Assembly: GCA_034670305.1 (NCBI GenBank)
Contig: JAXMNT010000009.1
Span: forward strand, 32,001-96,000
Source: Deltaproteobacteria bacterium
GTDB lineage: Bacteria; Myxococcota_A; Polyangia; Polyangiales; Houyiibacteriaceae
Length of the DNA stretch: 64,000 nucleotides
Direction of reading: 5' to 3'
Shown here: one piece after another, positions 42,105-51,811 of the stretch
How positions within the stretch are numbered: position 1 is the stretch's first letter
Layout: each line of letters begins with the position of its first letter
Notes under the pieces: model-generated
The model's input: only the letters and a program-made list of their open reading frames with translations
Told to the model about the DNA's origin: nothing
The model's database searches: none
Made by a program: the position numbers and the translations under genes

Positions 42105-43996
42105 CGACCGCAAGAGACTCCGACCCGGCCGAGGACCTGAAGGACACCGGCGAGGCCGCCGATACCGGCGACGCGGGCGCCGATGCCGGCACACCCGCTC
42201 CGTCAGGAACCACCGCTCCGTCGCGAACCAACGCTGTGTGGAGCGCCGCGCTCGTGCTCGTCGGTGTGGTGGCGTTCACCTTCGGTTCCTGCTTCCGCGT
42301 GGATGCCGAAGTGGCGCCCTCAGGCGACGCATCGGACGAAGCATCGGACGACGCGTCGGCCGAACCGATCGCCGAACGACCGGACAGCCACTGGACCTGT
42401 TCGATGCACCCGCAGATCCACGCCGACGGTCCCGGCAGCTGTCCGATCTGCGGCATGGACTTGATCCCAGCCGAGTCGATGGGCGCAGCGACGGGACCCC
42501 GCGAGATTCGTTTGTCCGAGCGCGCGCGTGCACTCGCACAGATCCGCACCGCAAGAGCCCGATCGGACGTGGGTCCCGCGGGCGAACCGCTCTCGCTCAT
42601 CGCCCGGGTGCAGTGGGACGAGAGCTCCTTGCGCGACGTGACCGCATGGGTCGGAGGCCGCGTCGACCGGCTGCACGTGCGGGCCACCGGCGAGGTGGTG
42701 CGGCGTGGTCAGACCCTGGCGACCATCTACAGCCCCGAGGTCTACACCGCCCACCGGGAACTTCGTTCTGCGACGCGTGCGCTCGAGCGACTGCAAGGCG
42801 CGTCGGAGCTCGTGCGATCCGGTGCCACTGCGACGGTGGAAGCGGCGCGCGATCGGTTGCGCCTGCTCGGGTTCGACGGGGCGGCACTGCGGCAACTCGA
42901 GTCCCGCGAGACCGCGCGAACCGTCGCGATCCGCGCGCCCTTTGGCGGCACGGTCATCGAACGCCGCGCGACCCAAGGACAGTACGTGACCCCGGGCTCG
43001 GTGCTCTTGCGGGTGGCGGACCTCTCGTCGGTCTGGGTGCAGCTCGAGGCCAACGAGACCCAGCTGCGCCTCGCCCGGGTGGGTGCGCCCGTCACGCTCT
43101 CGTTCGACAACGTGTCGGAGCCCATCGCGGGGGAGGTCGGGTTCGTCGACCCGGTGGTGGATCCTCGGACCCACGTCGGGCGGGTCCGGGTGCAGATCCC
43201 CGACGCGGCGTCGCTGGGCCTGCGCCCCGGCATGATCGGCCGCGCCGAACTCGACCGTGTGATGGGAGAAGCGGTCGACCCGAGCGTCTGGATCCCAGCG
43301 ACCGCACCGCTCCGCACCGGACGGCGCGCGGTGGTGTACGTCGAGATCGAACCCGGTGCGTACGAAGCACGCACGGTCGTGCTCGGCGCGGTCTCCGGAA
43401 ACAACGTCGTGGTGCGCTCCGGGCTCGAGGCCGGAGACCGCGTCGTCGTCCACGGCGCATTCGTGCTCGACGCCGAACTCGAGATCCGAGGGGGTCGCGG
43501 CATGATGTCCACCCGGGACGACCGGGAGAACGTGGAGATGGGCTCTGACGAACGCGCCGCATTGGCCCCGTTCGTGAACCACTACTTGGACGTGGCGGAG
43601 GCCTTGGCGGCGGATGATCTCGAGGCGGCCCGAACCGCCGCGCGGGCATTGCGCAGAGCCGATTCACCAGATCTCGATGCGCGGTGGTCGACGGTGCATG
43701 CGGCGCTGGTCTCGGGTTCGGACGCGTTGGCGGCGGCGACCGCTCTGGACGACGCGCGCACCGCGTTCGAGCCGCTCGGCGCCGCGGTGCAGCAGCTGCT
43801 CGCGACGTTTGGCAACCCCACTGCGGAGGACGTGAGCGTCGCCTTCTGTCCCATGGTGTTCGACAACCGCGGCGCCACCTGGGTGCAGCGCGGCGCCCGC
43901 GTCGACAACGCGTACTTCGGCGCGTCGATGCGCACATGCGGCACCATCGAAGAGACCGTGGCGCCGGGTGCGCGGCTGGAGGCGGTCCATGAGTGA
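42101..43996 (+). CDS. cusB: RND periplasmic adaptor CusB-like with heavy-metal-binding domain and C-terminal DUF3347-like domain
   Basis: WTCSMHPQI...PGSCPICGMDL; IYSPE; ADLSSVWV; LRPGM; FCPM...W...NAYFGASMRTCG. Confidence 0.9.
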   Translation: MTTARDSDPAEDLKDTGEAADTGDAGADAGTPAPSGTTAPSRTNAVWSAALVLVGVVAFTFGSCFRVDAEVAPSGDASDEASDDASAEPIAERPDSHWTCSMHPQIHADGPGSCPICGMDLIPAESMGAATGPREIRLSERARALAQIRTARARSDVGPAGEPLSLIARVQWDESSLRDVTAWVGGRVDRLHVRATGEVVRRGQTLATIYSPEVYTAHRELRSATRALERLQGASELVRSGATATVEAARDRLRLLGFDGAALRQLESRETARTVAIRAPFGGTVIERRATQGQYVTPGSVLLRVADLSSVWVQLEANETQLRLARVGAPVTLSFDNVSEPIAGEVGFVDPVVDPRTHVGRVRVQIPDAASLGLRPGMIGRAELDRVMGEAVDPSVWIPATAPLRTGRRAVVYVEIEPGAYEARTVVLGAVSGNNVVVRSGLEAGDRVVVHGAFVLDAELEIRGGRGMMSTRDDRENVEMGSDERAALAPFVNHYLDVAEALAADDLEAARTAARALRRADSPDLDARWSTVHAALVSGSDALAAATALDDARTAFEPLGAAVQQLLATFGNPTAEDVSVAFCPMVFDNRGATWVQRGARVDNAYFGASMRTCGTIEETVAPGARLEAVHE

Positions 43997-46900
43997 GCCT
44001 GTGCCGACCGTGCCGCGCGGCCTCTTGGGCGGGCTCGTCGCCTTCTTCGTCGAGTCGAAGGTGGTCGTCTTTCTTCTGCTGGTGATGCTCGGGCTCGGCG
44101 GCGTGGTGTTCGCGCCGTTCGCGTTCGAGACACTCGACGACGACTGGGGCCTCGAGCGCGATCCGATCCCGGTCGATGCGATCCCAGACATCGGCGAGAA
44201 CCAGCAGATCGTGTTCGCTGCGTGGCCGGGACACTCGCCGGCCGACGTCGAAGACCAGGTCGCGTATCCGCTGACGAGCGCGCTGCTCGGGCTGCAGGGC
44301 GTGCGTACGGTGCGCTCGACCTCGATGCTCGGGTTCACGAGCCTGTACGTGATCTTCGACGAGGAGATCGAGTTCTACGACTCGCGCGCGCGCCTGCTCG
44401 AGAAACTCAGCTCGCTGCCCCCCGGGCTGCTGCCAACCGAAGTCGCGCCGACCCTCGGACCGGATGCGACCGCGCTCGGTCAGGTGTTCTGGTACACGCT
44501 CGAAGGACACGCGGTTCCGGAGCGGGCTGACCCGGGACATGGTGTTGACGAGACCGGTGCCGCCGGTGCCGCCGTCGACGAGGACGCGACCCCCGTTGCG
44601 GCGTGGGATCTCTTCGAACTCCGAGAGCTCCAGGACTTCACCGTGCGTCCGGCGCTGCAGTCGGTGCCTGGCGTGGCCGAGGTCGCCTCCGTCGGCGGGC
44701 ACGTCGCGGAGCTTCAGGTCGAAGCGGACCCCGCGCAGCTGCGCGCCTACGGGTTGAGCTTCGGCCAGCTCATCGACGCGGTCCGCGCCAGCAACTTGGA
44801 CGTCGGCGCGCGCACGTTCGAGATCAACGCGGTCGAATACATCGTGCGCGGCCTCGGTCAGATCGAAGACCTCGACGACTTGAGAGGCGCCGTCGTCGCG
44901 ACTCACCAAGGACGCGCCGTCCTCGTCTCGGACGTGGCCCACGTGACGCTCGGACCGGCGCCCCGACGCGGCGTGCTGGACGACGCCGGCGCGGAGGTCG
45001 TCGGCGGGGTGGTCGTCGTGCGCTACGGGGAGAACCCGCGCGAAGTGATCGCGCGCGTCCGCACCGCGGTCGCCGAACTCGCGCCATCGCTTCCGAGCCG
45101 GACCCTCGAGGACGGACGCCGCGCGCAGGTCCGCATCGTGCCGTTCTACGATCGCACCGGCCTCATCGACGAGACCCTTGGCACCCTCTCGTCCGCGCTC
45201 TGGCAACAGCTGCTCGTGACGCTCTTGGTCGTGCTCGTGATGCTCGGCACCATCCGCGGCAGCATCGTGGTCGCGCTGGTCCCGCCGCTCGGGGTGCTCT
45301 TCTCGTTCATCGCGATGCGGATCTTCGGGGTCGAAGCCAACGTCATGGCGCTGGCGGGCATCGCGATCGCGATCGGCACGATGGTCGATGTCGGCATCGT
45401 CTTGGCCGAGAACATCGCGGCCTCCCTGCGCGACCACGACGACGGCGCGGCAGCAGACGACCGGACCGCACGGGCCTCGCGGGCCGCGGTGGTGATCCGC
45501 GCCACCCAAGAGGTCGCGCCCGCGGTCGCGACGAGCGTGCTGACCACGATCGTGAGCTTCTTGCCGGTCTTCGCCCTCACCGCCGCGGAGGGCAAACTCT
45601 TCCGGCCCCTCGCGTTCACCAAGACTTTCGCGCTCGTCGGCGCCTTCGTGGTCGGCGTGCTCGTGGTGCCGGCCGTCTCCCACCTGCTCTCACAGCGCCG
45701 GAAGTCTCAGTCTCCCGCGAAGGCCGCAGCCACCCAACGGTGGAACCGGGTCCTGCTCTTCGCGACCGCCGCGCTGCTCGTGCTCGTGCTCGCCGCGGAG
45801 TGGCACCCGTTTGGCGAAGACGCCGGCTCGGTCGCGAACATCGCGTTCGTGCTCGTGGTGGTCGGTGGGCTGCTCGGCGGCTTCCTGCTCTTTCAGCACG
45901 TCTACCCGCGGCTCCTGGCCGGTACCCTGCGGCGACCGCTCGCGTTCTTGCTGTTGCCCCTTCTGGCGATGGCGTTTGGCGTGGTCTGCTGGCGCGGCAC
46001 GCCGTGGCCGAGCGAACGCTTTGCTGGGCTGCGGCCCGCGGACGTGCCTGCCTTCGACGAGGGATCGTTTCTCTACATGCCGACGACAACGCCCCACGCG
46101 TCGATCGGCGAGTGCCGCCGGCTCTTGCAGCAACTGGATGCCGCCATCGCCGCGATCCCAGAGGTCGATCGGGTGGTGGGCAAACTCGGGCGCGCCGACA
46201 GCGTGCTCGACCCGGCGCCGATCTCCATGATCGAGACGCTCGTCACCTACCGGCCGGAGTACGAAGAACGCGTCGTCACGCCCGGCGAAGCGCCCGAGCG
46301 GGTCCGGGTGTGGCGCGATCACATCCGCACGCCGGCCGACATCTGGGACGAGATCGTCGCGGCCGGCCGCATCCCAGGATTGACCAGCGCGCCGCTGCTC
46401 CAGCCGATCCAGACGCGGCTCGTGATGCTGCAGACGGGCATGCGCAGCCGGGTGGGCATCAAGGTGCGCGGCCCCGACGTCGAGTCTCTCGCCGCTGCGG
46501 GCCGTGCCCTCGAAGCGGCGCTGGCCGGGGTCGAGGCGGTCGCCGAAGGCAGCGTCTACGCGGAGCGCGTGGTTGGAAAACCGTACCTCGAGGTCGAACC
46601 CGATCGCGAAGCGCTCGCGCGCTACGGCCTGCAGATGGCAGTGGTGCAACAGACCCTCGCCGCGGCGGTGGGCGGCGCCGAAGCCGGCGTGATGATCGAC
46701 GGACGCGTGCGACGGACCATTCGGGTGCGGGCGCCGAGGGACGCGCGCCTGACGCCCGAAGCGATCGAAGCGCTGCCGGTGGTGATCCCCGGCCGGATGG
46801 CGGACGCGCCCGCGGCGATGCCTGGGACGACCGCGGCTTCTCTGGGAGACGCGCTTGCCAGCACGGTTCCACTCGGCGAGCTCGCACAGGTGCTCTACGT

Positions 46901-47741
46901 GCGCGGGCCGCAGATGCTGCGCTCTGAGGACACGTTCCTCACGAGCTTCGTGCTCTTCGAGCCCGCCGACGGAGTCACGGACGTGGACGCCGTGCGCGCC
47001 ACCGAAGCGCACCTCGCGCAGCTGCGCGCCGACGGCGAGCTCACCGTGCCGGACGGGGTCACCTGGCGGTTCGCCGGCACCTACGAGAACCAGATTCGAT
47101 CCAGCGCGCGCTTGATGTGGCTCTTGCCCATCGCGTTGATGTTGATCCTGCTCTTGCTCTACCTGCAGTTCCGCAGCCTGGCGGTCACCTTCTCGATCTT
47201 CGCGTCGGTCGGCGTCGCAATGAGCGGCGGGTTCATGGCGCTCTGGGCCTGGGGGCGCCCGTGGCTCGATGTCTCGATGGCGGGGCACGCCGCGGTGGAT
47301 CTCTTTGGCGCCGGCACCGTGCCGCTGACGGTCGCGGTCTGGGTCGGCTTCATCGCCCTCATCGGCATCGCGGTCGACGACGGCGTCGTGATGGCGACCT
47401 ACTTGAAGCAACGCTTCGAGAAGGCGCCGCGTTCCATGGACGAAGTGCGCGCCTGGGTCCTCGAAGCGGGCGAACGCCGCATCCGGCCCTGCCTGATGAC
47501 CACGGCCACCACCATCCTCGCGCTGCTCCCGGTGCTGACCGCGACCGGTCGCGGCTCGGACGTGATGCGCCCGATGGCGCTGCCGCTGGTGGGCGGCATG
47601 GCGCTGGAGCTGATGACCTTGTTCGTCGTGCCGGTGCTGTGGGCGCTCGGGTACCAAGCGCGGTTTGCGTACGAGGCGTTCCGAGTCGAACGAACGGTCT
47701 TGGTCGAAGCGCCGGGGGAGAGCGGGGGCGGGGCAGAGTAG
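43989..47741 (+). CDS. cusA: Heavy-metal RND permease, CusA (Cu+/Ag+) type
   Basis: DAIPDIGENQ, LGPDATALGQV, AIGTMVD, RIRPCLMT; Met-triad equivalents FLYMP, PISMIET, RLVMLQTG. Confidence 0.93.
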   Translation: MSEPVPTVPRGLLGGLVAFFVESKVVVFLLLVMLGLGGVVFAPFAFETLDDDWGLERDPIPVDAIPDIGENQQIVFAAWPGHSPADVEDQVAYPLTSALLGLQGVRTVRSTSMLGFTSLYVIFDEEIEFYDSRARLLEKLSSLPPGLLPTEVAPTLGPDATALGQVFWYTLEGHAVPERADPGHGVDETGAAGAAVDEDATPVAAWDLFELRELQDFTVRPALQSVPGVAEVASVGGHVAELQVEADPAQLRAYGLSFGQLIDAVRASNLDVGARTFEINAVEYIVRGLGQIEDLDDLRGAVVATHQGRAVLVSDVAHVTLGPAPRRGVLDDAGAEVVGGVVVVRYGENPREVIARVRTAVAELAPSLPSRTLEDGRRAQVRIVPFYDRTGLIDETLGTLSSALWQQLLVTLLVVLVMLGTIRGSIVVALVPPLGVLFSFIAMRIFGVEANVMALAGIAIAIGTMVDVGIVLAENIAASLRDHDDGAAADDRTARASRAAVVIRATQEVAPAVATSVLTTIVSFLPVFALTAAEGKLFRPLAFTKTFALVGAFVVGVLVVPAVSHLLSQRRKSQSPAKAAATQRWNRVLLFATAALLVLVLAAEWHPFGEDAGSVANIAFVLVVVGGLLGGFLLFQHVYPRLLAGTLRRPLAFLLLPLLAMAFGVVCWRGTPWPSERFAGLRPADVPAFDEGSFLYMPTTTPHASIGECRRLLQQLDAAIAAIPEVDRVVGKLGRADSVLDPAPISMIETLVTYRPEYEERVVTPGEAPERVRVWRDHIRTPADIWDEIVAAGRIPGLTSAPLLQPIQTRLVMLQTGMRSRVGIKVRGPDVESLAAAGRALEAALAGVEAVAEGSVYAERVVGKPYLEVEPDREALARYGLQMAVVQQTLAAAVGGAEAGVMIDGRVRRTIRVRAPRDARLTPEAIEALPVVIPGRMADAPAAMPGTTAASLGDALASTVPLGELAQVLYVRGPQMLRSEDTFLTSFVLFEPADGVTDVDAVRATEAHLAQLRADGELTVPDGVTWRFAGTYENQIRSSARLMWLLPIALMLILLLLYLQFRSLAVTFSIFASVGVAMSGGFMALWAWGRPWLDVSMAGHAAVDLFGAGTVPLTVAVWVGFIALIGIAVDDGVVMATYLKQRFEKAPRSMDEVRAWVLEAGERRIRPCLMTTATTILALLPVLTATGRGSDVMRPMALPLVGGMALELMTLFVVPVLWALGYQARFAYEAFRVERTVLVEAPGESGGGAE

Positions 47742-47746
47742 CGCGG

Positions 47747-47973
47747 CGCCGACGCGGACGCCGAAGCCGAAGCCGAAGCCGATGCCGATGCCGAATCCGA
47801 TGCCGAATCCGATGCCGATGCCGATGCCGATGCCGATGCCGATGCCGATGCCGATGCCGATGCCGATGCCGATGCCGAAGCCGCCGAAGCCGAAGCCGAA
47901 GCCGATGCCGATGCCGATGCCGATGCCGATGCCGATGCCGAAGCCGATGCCGAAGCCGCCGACGCCGATGCCG
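47747..47973. repeat. Hexamer array (GCCGAT/GCCGAA)n
   Basis: Direct reading; includes a long perfect GCCGAT run; starts a few nt after the cusA stop. Confidence 0.97.
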
Positions 47974-48039
47974 CGCCTCCGCCAGCGTTGCGCCCCTTCG
48001 CGGGAGGTTGGCTGGCCCGATGGATGGTCCAGCGTAGCG

Positions 48040-48142
48040 GTCGGCGGGGCGGCGCCTCAAGGAGGCCTTCGGCCCGGCGCCTTCGCGCCGCTTCGCTGGC
48101 GCGCTTCGCGCTTGCTCGTCCTTGACCCGCCACCCCGCCGAC
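48040..48142. repeat. Imperfect 24-bp inverted repeat enclosing small hairpins (cloverleaf)
   Basis: GTCGGCGGGGCGGCGCCTCAAGGA ... TCCTTGACCCGCCACCCCGCCGAC (21/24 complementary). Confidence 0.85.
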
Positions 48143-48204
48143 AGCTGGGGGCGCTGCGCGCCCTCGGGCGAGTTCACGCTCGGCGTACACAAGGCAGGTT
48201 CTCG

Positions 48205-48516
48205 ATGCTGGTATTCGACAAGTCGCTTGTTCTTCTTTCGCTTCTCGTCCGTGAGGTCTTGCCTCGCATTCGCGAGGCCTCGCTGAAGTCGCAGCTGCGG
48301 CGGGCGGCGCAGGCCGTTCCGTTGCTGATTGCGGAGTCCCGAAGTGCGCGCGGGGCGCGGAACCCGGACGGGTTCTCGCGGGCCCTTGGCGAAGCGCGCG
48401 AGGTGAAGGCGGCTCTGCAGGTCGCGGCGGTCATGGGGTACGTGGACGCGAGCGAGGACGTCTACGACCTGGCGGACCACGTCTGCGCGATGTTGTTCAA
48501 GCTCAGTCGGGGCTAG
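48205..48516 (+). CDS. Four-helix-bundle protein (23S rRNA IVP / Avd-like family)
   Basis: SQLRRAAQAVPLLIAES...FSRALGEAREVKAALQVA..MGY resembles QLRRAxxSxxxNIAEG...ARGSxxE. Confidence 0.8.
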   Translation: MLVFDKSLVLLSLLVREVLPRIREASLKSQLRRAAQAVPLLIAESRSARGARNPDGFSRALGEAREVKAALQVAAVMGYVDASEDVYDLADHVCAMLFKLSRG

Positions 48517-48522
48517 CTGGTC

Positions 48523-48550
48523 GCGGGGCGTCCATCCGGCGCCCCGCTTT
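48523..48550 (+). terminator. Probable intrinsic terminator between the four-helix gene and convergent purL
   Basis: GCGGGGCG...CGCCCCGC stem followed by TTT. Confidence 0.5.
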
Positions 48551-48605
48551 CGCCCGCTTCTCGCCGATCCTGAAGCCGATGAGGACCTCTCCGATCCGTG
48601 CCGCG

Positions 48606-50918
48606 CTAGCCGACGATGGCGTCGAGGGCGGCGCGGTGGGCGTCGGCGAGGGCGGTCACCGGCACGACGGCGACGCCGTCGAGGTCGAGCGCACCTCCGC
48701 CGACGAGGCCGAGCACCGCGATCGGCACGCTGGCTTCGCGCGCGAGGCGCTCGACTTCGGCGCGGTGGTCGTCCGAGAAGCTCACCACGACGCGGCTCGG
48801 TTCTTCGGAGAAGAGCAGGTCGGTCGTCTCGGCCGGGCCGGCGGAACCTTCCGGCAGACGAACGCGCGCGCCGATGCGTCCTTCGATGCAGGACTCCGCC
48901 AGGCAGACGCCGAGTCCGCCGTCGCTCACGTCGTGTGCGCTCGCGAGCAGCCCCGCCTTCGCGAGCGTGTGCATCAATCCCTGCAGCCGGAGCTCCGCGT
49001 CGAGATCGATGCCGACGCACTCGCCCGCGACCCGGCCTTGTTTCTGGGTGTGCCACTCGGAACCGCCGAGTGCGCCGCGGCTCGGCACGCCCAGATGCGC
49101 GACCAGATCGCCTTCGCGCCGGAACCCGAGCGTCAACCGGTGCGCGACGTCTTCGAGCTGTCCGACGATGGCCACCGTCGGCGTGGGGAGGATCGGGCGG
49201 CCGTCGGTCTCGTTGTAGAGGCTGACGTTGCCACTGACGACCGGCACCGAGAGGGCGCGGCAGGCGGCCGCGAGTCCGTCGATGGCGCGCGCGATGCGCC
49301 ACATGGTCTCGGGCACTTCGGGGTTGCCGAAGTTGAGGCAGTCCGTGAGCGCGAGCGGCAGACCGCCCACGCAGGTGATGTTGCGCGCGCATTCGGCGAC
49401 GGCCATCGCGGCGCCCGCGAAGGGATCGAGCTCGACGTGCCGGCCGTTGCAGTCGACCGAGAGCGCGAGGAACTTCTCGATCGTCTTGCCCTCGTGCTCG
49501 CAGAACGCGCGGACCACCGCGGCGTCGCCTTGGCCTGGGCCGACGATGGTTCCGTCGCGCACGACGTGGTCGAACTGGCGCCAGATCCAGCGGCGGCTGC
49601 CGATGTTGGGCGATCCCAACAGCCCGAGCAGCTCCTTCTGGACGTCGACCTTGCCGCCGGGTGCGATCGACACCGGCGTCATCTCGAGGGTGGTCCGCGA
49701 GGTCATCGCGGGTTCTTTCTGGGGCCGGTCGTACTTCGGCGCTTCGTCGGCGAGCATGCCGAGCGGGAGGTCGACCACCACTTCGGGTGCGGGCCGCGGG
49801 CTCGCGTCGTCGAGCGGATCGTAGCCGGGCGTCGCCTTGCAGATGAACCGGCCGGTGTCGGTCACGCGGCCGACGATCGCGACTTCGAGGTCCCACTTCG
49901 CGCACGCGTCGAAGACCTCTTGTTCGCGGCCGGGTTTGGCCACCATCAACATGCGCTCCTGCGATTCGCTGAGCAGCATCTCGTAGGGCGTGAGCTTCTC
50001 GGTGCGGCGCGGGATGGCGTCGAGATCGAGCTCGAGCCCAGTGCCCGCGCGCGCGGCCATCTCGATCGAGCTCGAGGTGAGCCCCGCGGCACCCATGTCC
50101 TGCACGCCTTCGAGGCAATCGCTCGCGAAGATCTCGAGGCACGCCTCGAGCAAGAGCTTCTCCATGAACGGGTCGCCCACCTGCATGGTCGGCCGCTGGG
50201 TCTCCGTGTCTTCCGCGAACTCCGCGCTCGCCATGGTCGCGCCATGAATGCCGTCGCGTCCGGTGCGGGCGCCGACGTACATCACCGCGTTGCCGACGCC
50301 GCTCGCCACCCCGAAGAAGAGCTCTTCGCTGCGCGCGATGCCCACCGTGAACGCGTTGACGAGGATGTTGCCGTCGTAGCTCGCGTCGAACTGCACTTCG
50401 CCGCCGACCGTCGGCACGCCGATGCAGTTGCCGTACCCGCCGATGCCCGCGACCACCCCGCGCAAGAGGTGCGGCGTCTTCGGATGATCGGCCCGGCCGA
50501 AGCGCAGGCTGTTCATCGACGCGATCGGACGCGCGCCCATGGTGAAGACGTCGCGCAGGATGCCGCCCACCCCAGTCGCCGCGCCCTGGTAGGGCTCGAT
50601 GTACGACGGGTGGTTGTGCGACTCCATCTTGAAGACGGCGCAAAAGCCGTCGCCGATGTCGACCGCGCCGGCGTTCTCCCCCGGACCCTGGACGACCTGC
50701 GGTCCTTCGGTCGGGAGCCGCGCCAGGTGCACCCGGGAGCTCTTGTAGGAGCAGTGCTCCGACCACATCACGCTGATGACGCCGAGCTCCGCGTAGGTGG
50801 GCTGCCGCCCAAGCGACGCGATGGCGCGCGCGTACTCTTCGGCGTTCAGGCCGAACTCTTTGGCGAGTGCTTCGTCGACCGGTCGGTCGGTCGGCAGGGA
50901 CACAGGCACGGCGCTCAC
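48606..50918 (-). CDS. purL: FGAM synthase subunit PurL (small type)
   Basis: [69 protein letters not shown]. Confidence 0.98.
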   Translation of the reverse strand: MSAVPVSLPTDRPVDEALAKEFGLNAEEYARAIASLGRQPTYAELGVISVMWSEHCSYKSSRVHLARLPTEGPQVVQGPGENAGAVDIGDGFCAVFKMESHNHPSYIEPYQGAATGVGGILRDVFTMGARPIASMNSLRFGRADHPKTPHLLRGVVAGIGGYGNCIGVPTVGGEVQFDASYDGNILVNAFTVGIARSEELFFGVASGVGNAVMYVGARTGRDGIHGATMASAEFAEDTETQRPTMQVGDPFMEKLLLEACLEIFASDCLEGVQDMGAAGLTSSSIEMAARAGTGLELDLDAIPRRTEKLTPYEMLLSESQERMLMVAKPGREQEVFDACAKWDLEVAIVGRVTDTGRFICKATPGYDPLDDASPRPAPEVVVDLPLGMLADEAPKYDRPQKEPAMTSRTTLEMTPVSIAPGGKVDVQKELLGLLGSPNIGSRRWIWRQFDHVVRDGTIVGPGQGDAAVVRAFCEHEGKTIEKFLALSVDCNGRHVELDPFAGAAMAVAECARNITCVGGLPLALTDCLNFGNPEVPETMWRIARAIDGLAAACRALSVPVVSGNVSLYNETDGRPILPTPTVAIVGQLEDVAHRLTLGFRREGDLVAHLGVPSRGALGGSEWHTQKQGRVAGECVGIDLDAELRLQGLMHTLAKAGLLASAHDVSDGGLGVCLAESCIEGRIGARVRLPEGSAGPAETTDLLFSEEPSRVVVSFSDDHRAEVERLAREASVPIAVLGLVGGGALDLDGVAVVPVTALADAHRAALDAIVG

Positions 50919-51634
50919 GGTCGGGCTCCTACGTGGGCGATCAAGGACTCGAAGAGCAGCCGGCCATCGGCGCTGCCGAGGATCGCTTCCGAGGCGCGTT
51001 CGGGGTGCGGCATCATGCCGAGCACGTTCTTCTTCTCGGAGTAGAGCCCAGCGATCGCGCCGCGCGAGCCGTTCGGGTTGAGCGGCAAACCTTCAGCGTC
51101 GGTCTCTTCGGCAGCAGGCACAGCACCCGACGGGTCGCAGTAGCGCATCGCGATGCGGCCTTCGGACTCGAGCTTGGCGTAGGTCGCGTCGTCGCACTGG
51201 TAGCGGCCGTCCGCGTGCGCGATCGGCACCCGCAGCACCCGGCCGTGCAGACCCTGGGTGAACGGCCCTTCGCCTTCGATCGCGAGGTGGACCATCCGGC
51301 ACTCGAAGCGCAGGTGGGCGTTGCGGGTGAGCGCACCCGGCAGGAGCCCGAGTTCGGTCAGCACCTGAAAGCCATTGCAGATGCCGAGCACCGGCCCGCC
51401 GTTGTCCACGAACCGGCGCAGGTCGGCCACAATCGGACTCGAGCCGGCGATGGCCCCGGGCCGCAGGTAGTCGCCGTAGGAGAAGCCGCCCGGGATCACG
51501 ACCGCGTCGACGTCGCCGAGGTTGCTCTCCTTGTGGAACACGTAGCGCGCGTCCAAACCGAGCACGTCTCGGGTCGCGTGGAGCGCGTCCCAGTCTGCGT
51601 TGCTGCCGGGGAACTGGATCACCGCAATACGCAT
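50915..51634 (-). CDS. purQ: FGAM synthase glutaminase subunit
   Basis: [36 protein letters not shown]. Confidence 0.97.
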   Translation of the reverse strand: MRIAVIQFPGSNADWDALHATRDVLGLDARYVFHKESNLGDVDAVVIPGGFSYGDYLRPGAIAGSSPIVADLRRFVDNGGPVLGICNGFQVLTELGLLPGALTRNAHLRFECRMVHLAIEGEGPFTQGLHGRVLRVPIAHADGRYQCDDATYAKLESEGRIAMRYCDPSGAVPAAEETDAEGLPLNPNGSRGAIAGLYSEKKNVLGMMPHPERASEAILGSADGRLLFESLIAHVGARP

Positions 51635-51695
51635 GGACGCGGCGACCCTACCTCTGGGTGGTCGGCTCGTCCACACGACAGTGCGCAAAGGACCC

Positions 51696-51728
51696 AGCGA
51701 TCCCGGATTCTCAGCGATCCCGGATTCA
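51696..51728. repeat. 17-bp tandem duplication CAGCGATCCCGGATTC(T) upstream of purQ
   Basis: Direct reading. Confidence 0.7.
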
Positions 51729-51811
51729 GGGGCCAACGAACTCAGTGCCGGCGGTCGACCCTCAGCCGGCCTGCGGCCTGAACACGGGAGCTGTCGCCGC
51801 AGTCGACTTCG

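Noticed and set aside
48205-48516. Diversity-generating retroelement (Avd-like gene)
   Set aside because: No reverse transcriptase or TR/VR pair seen in the window
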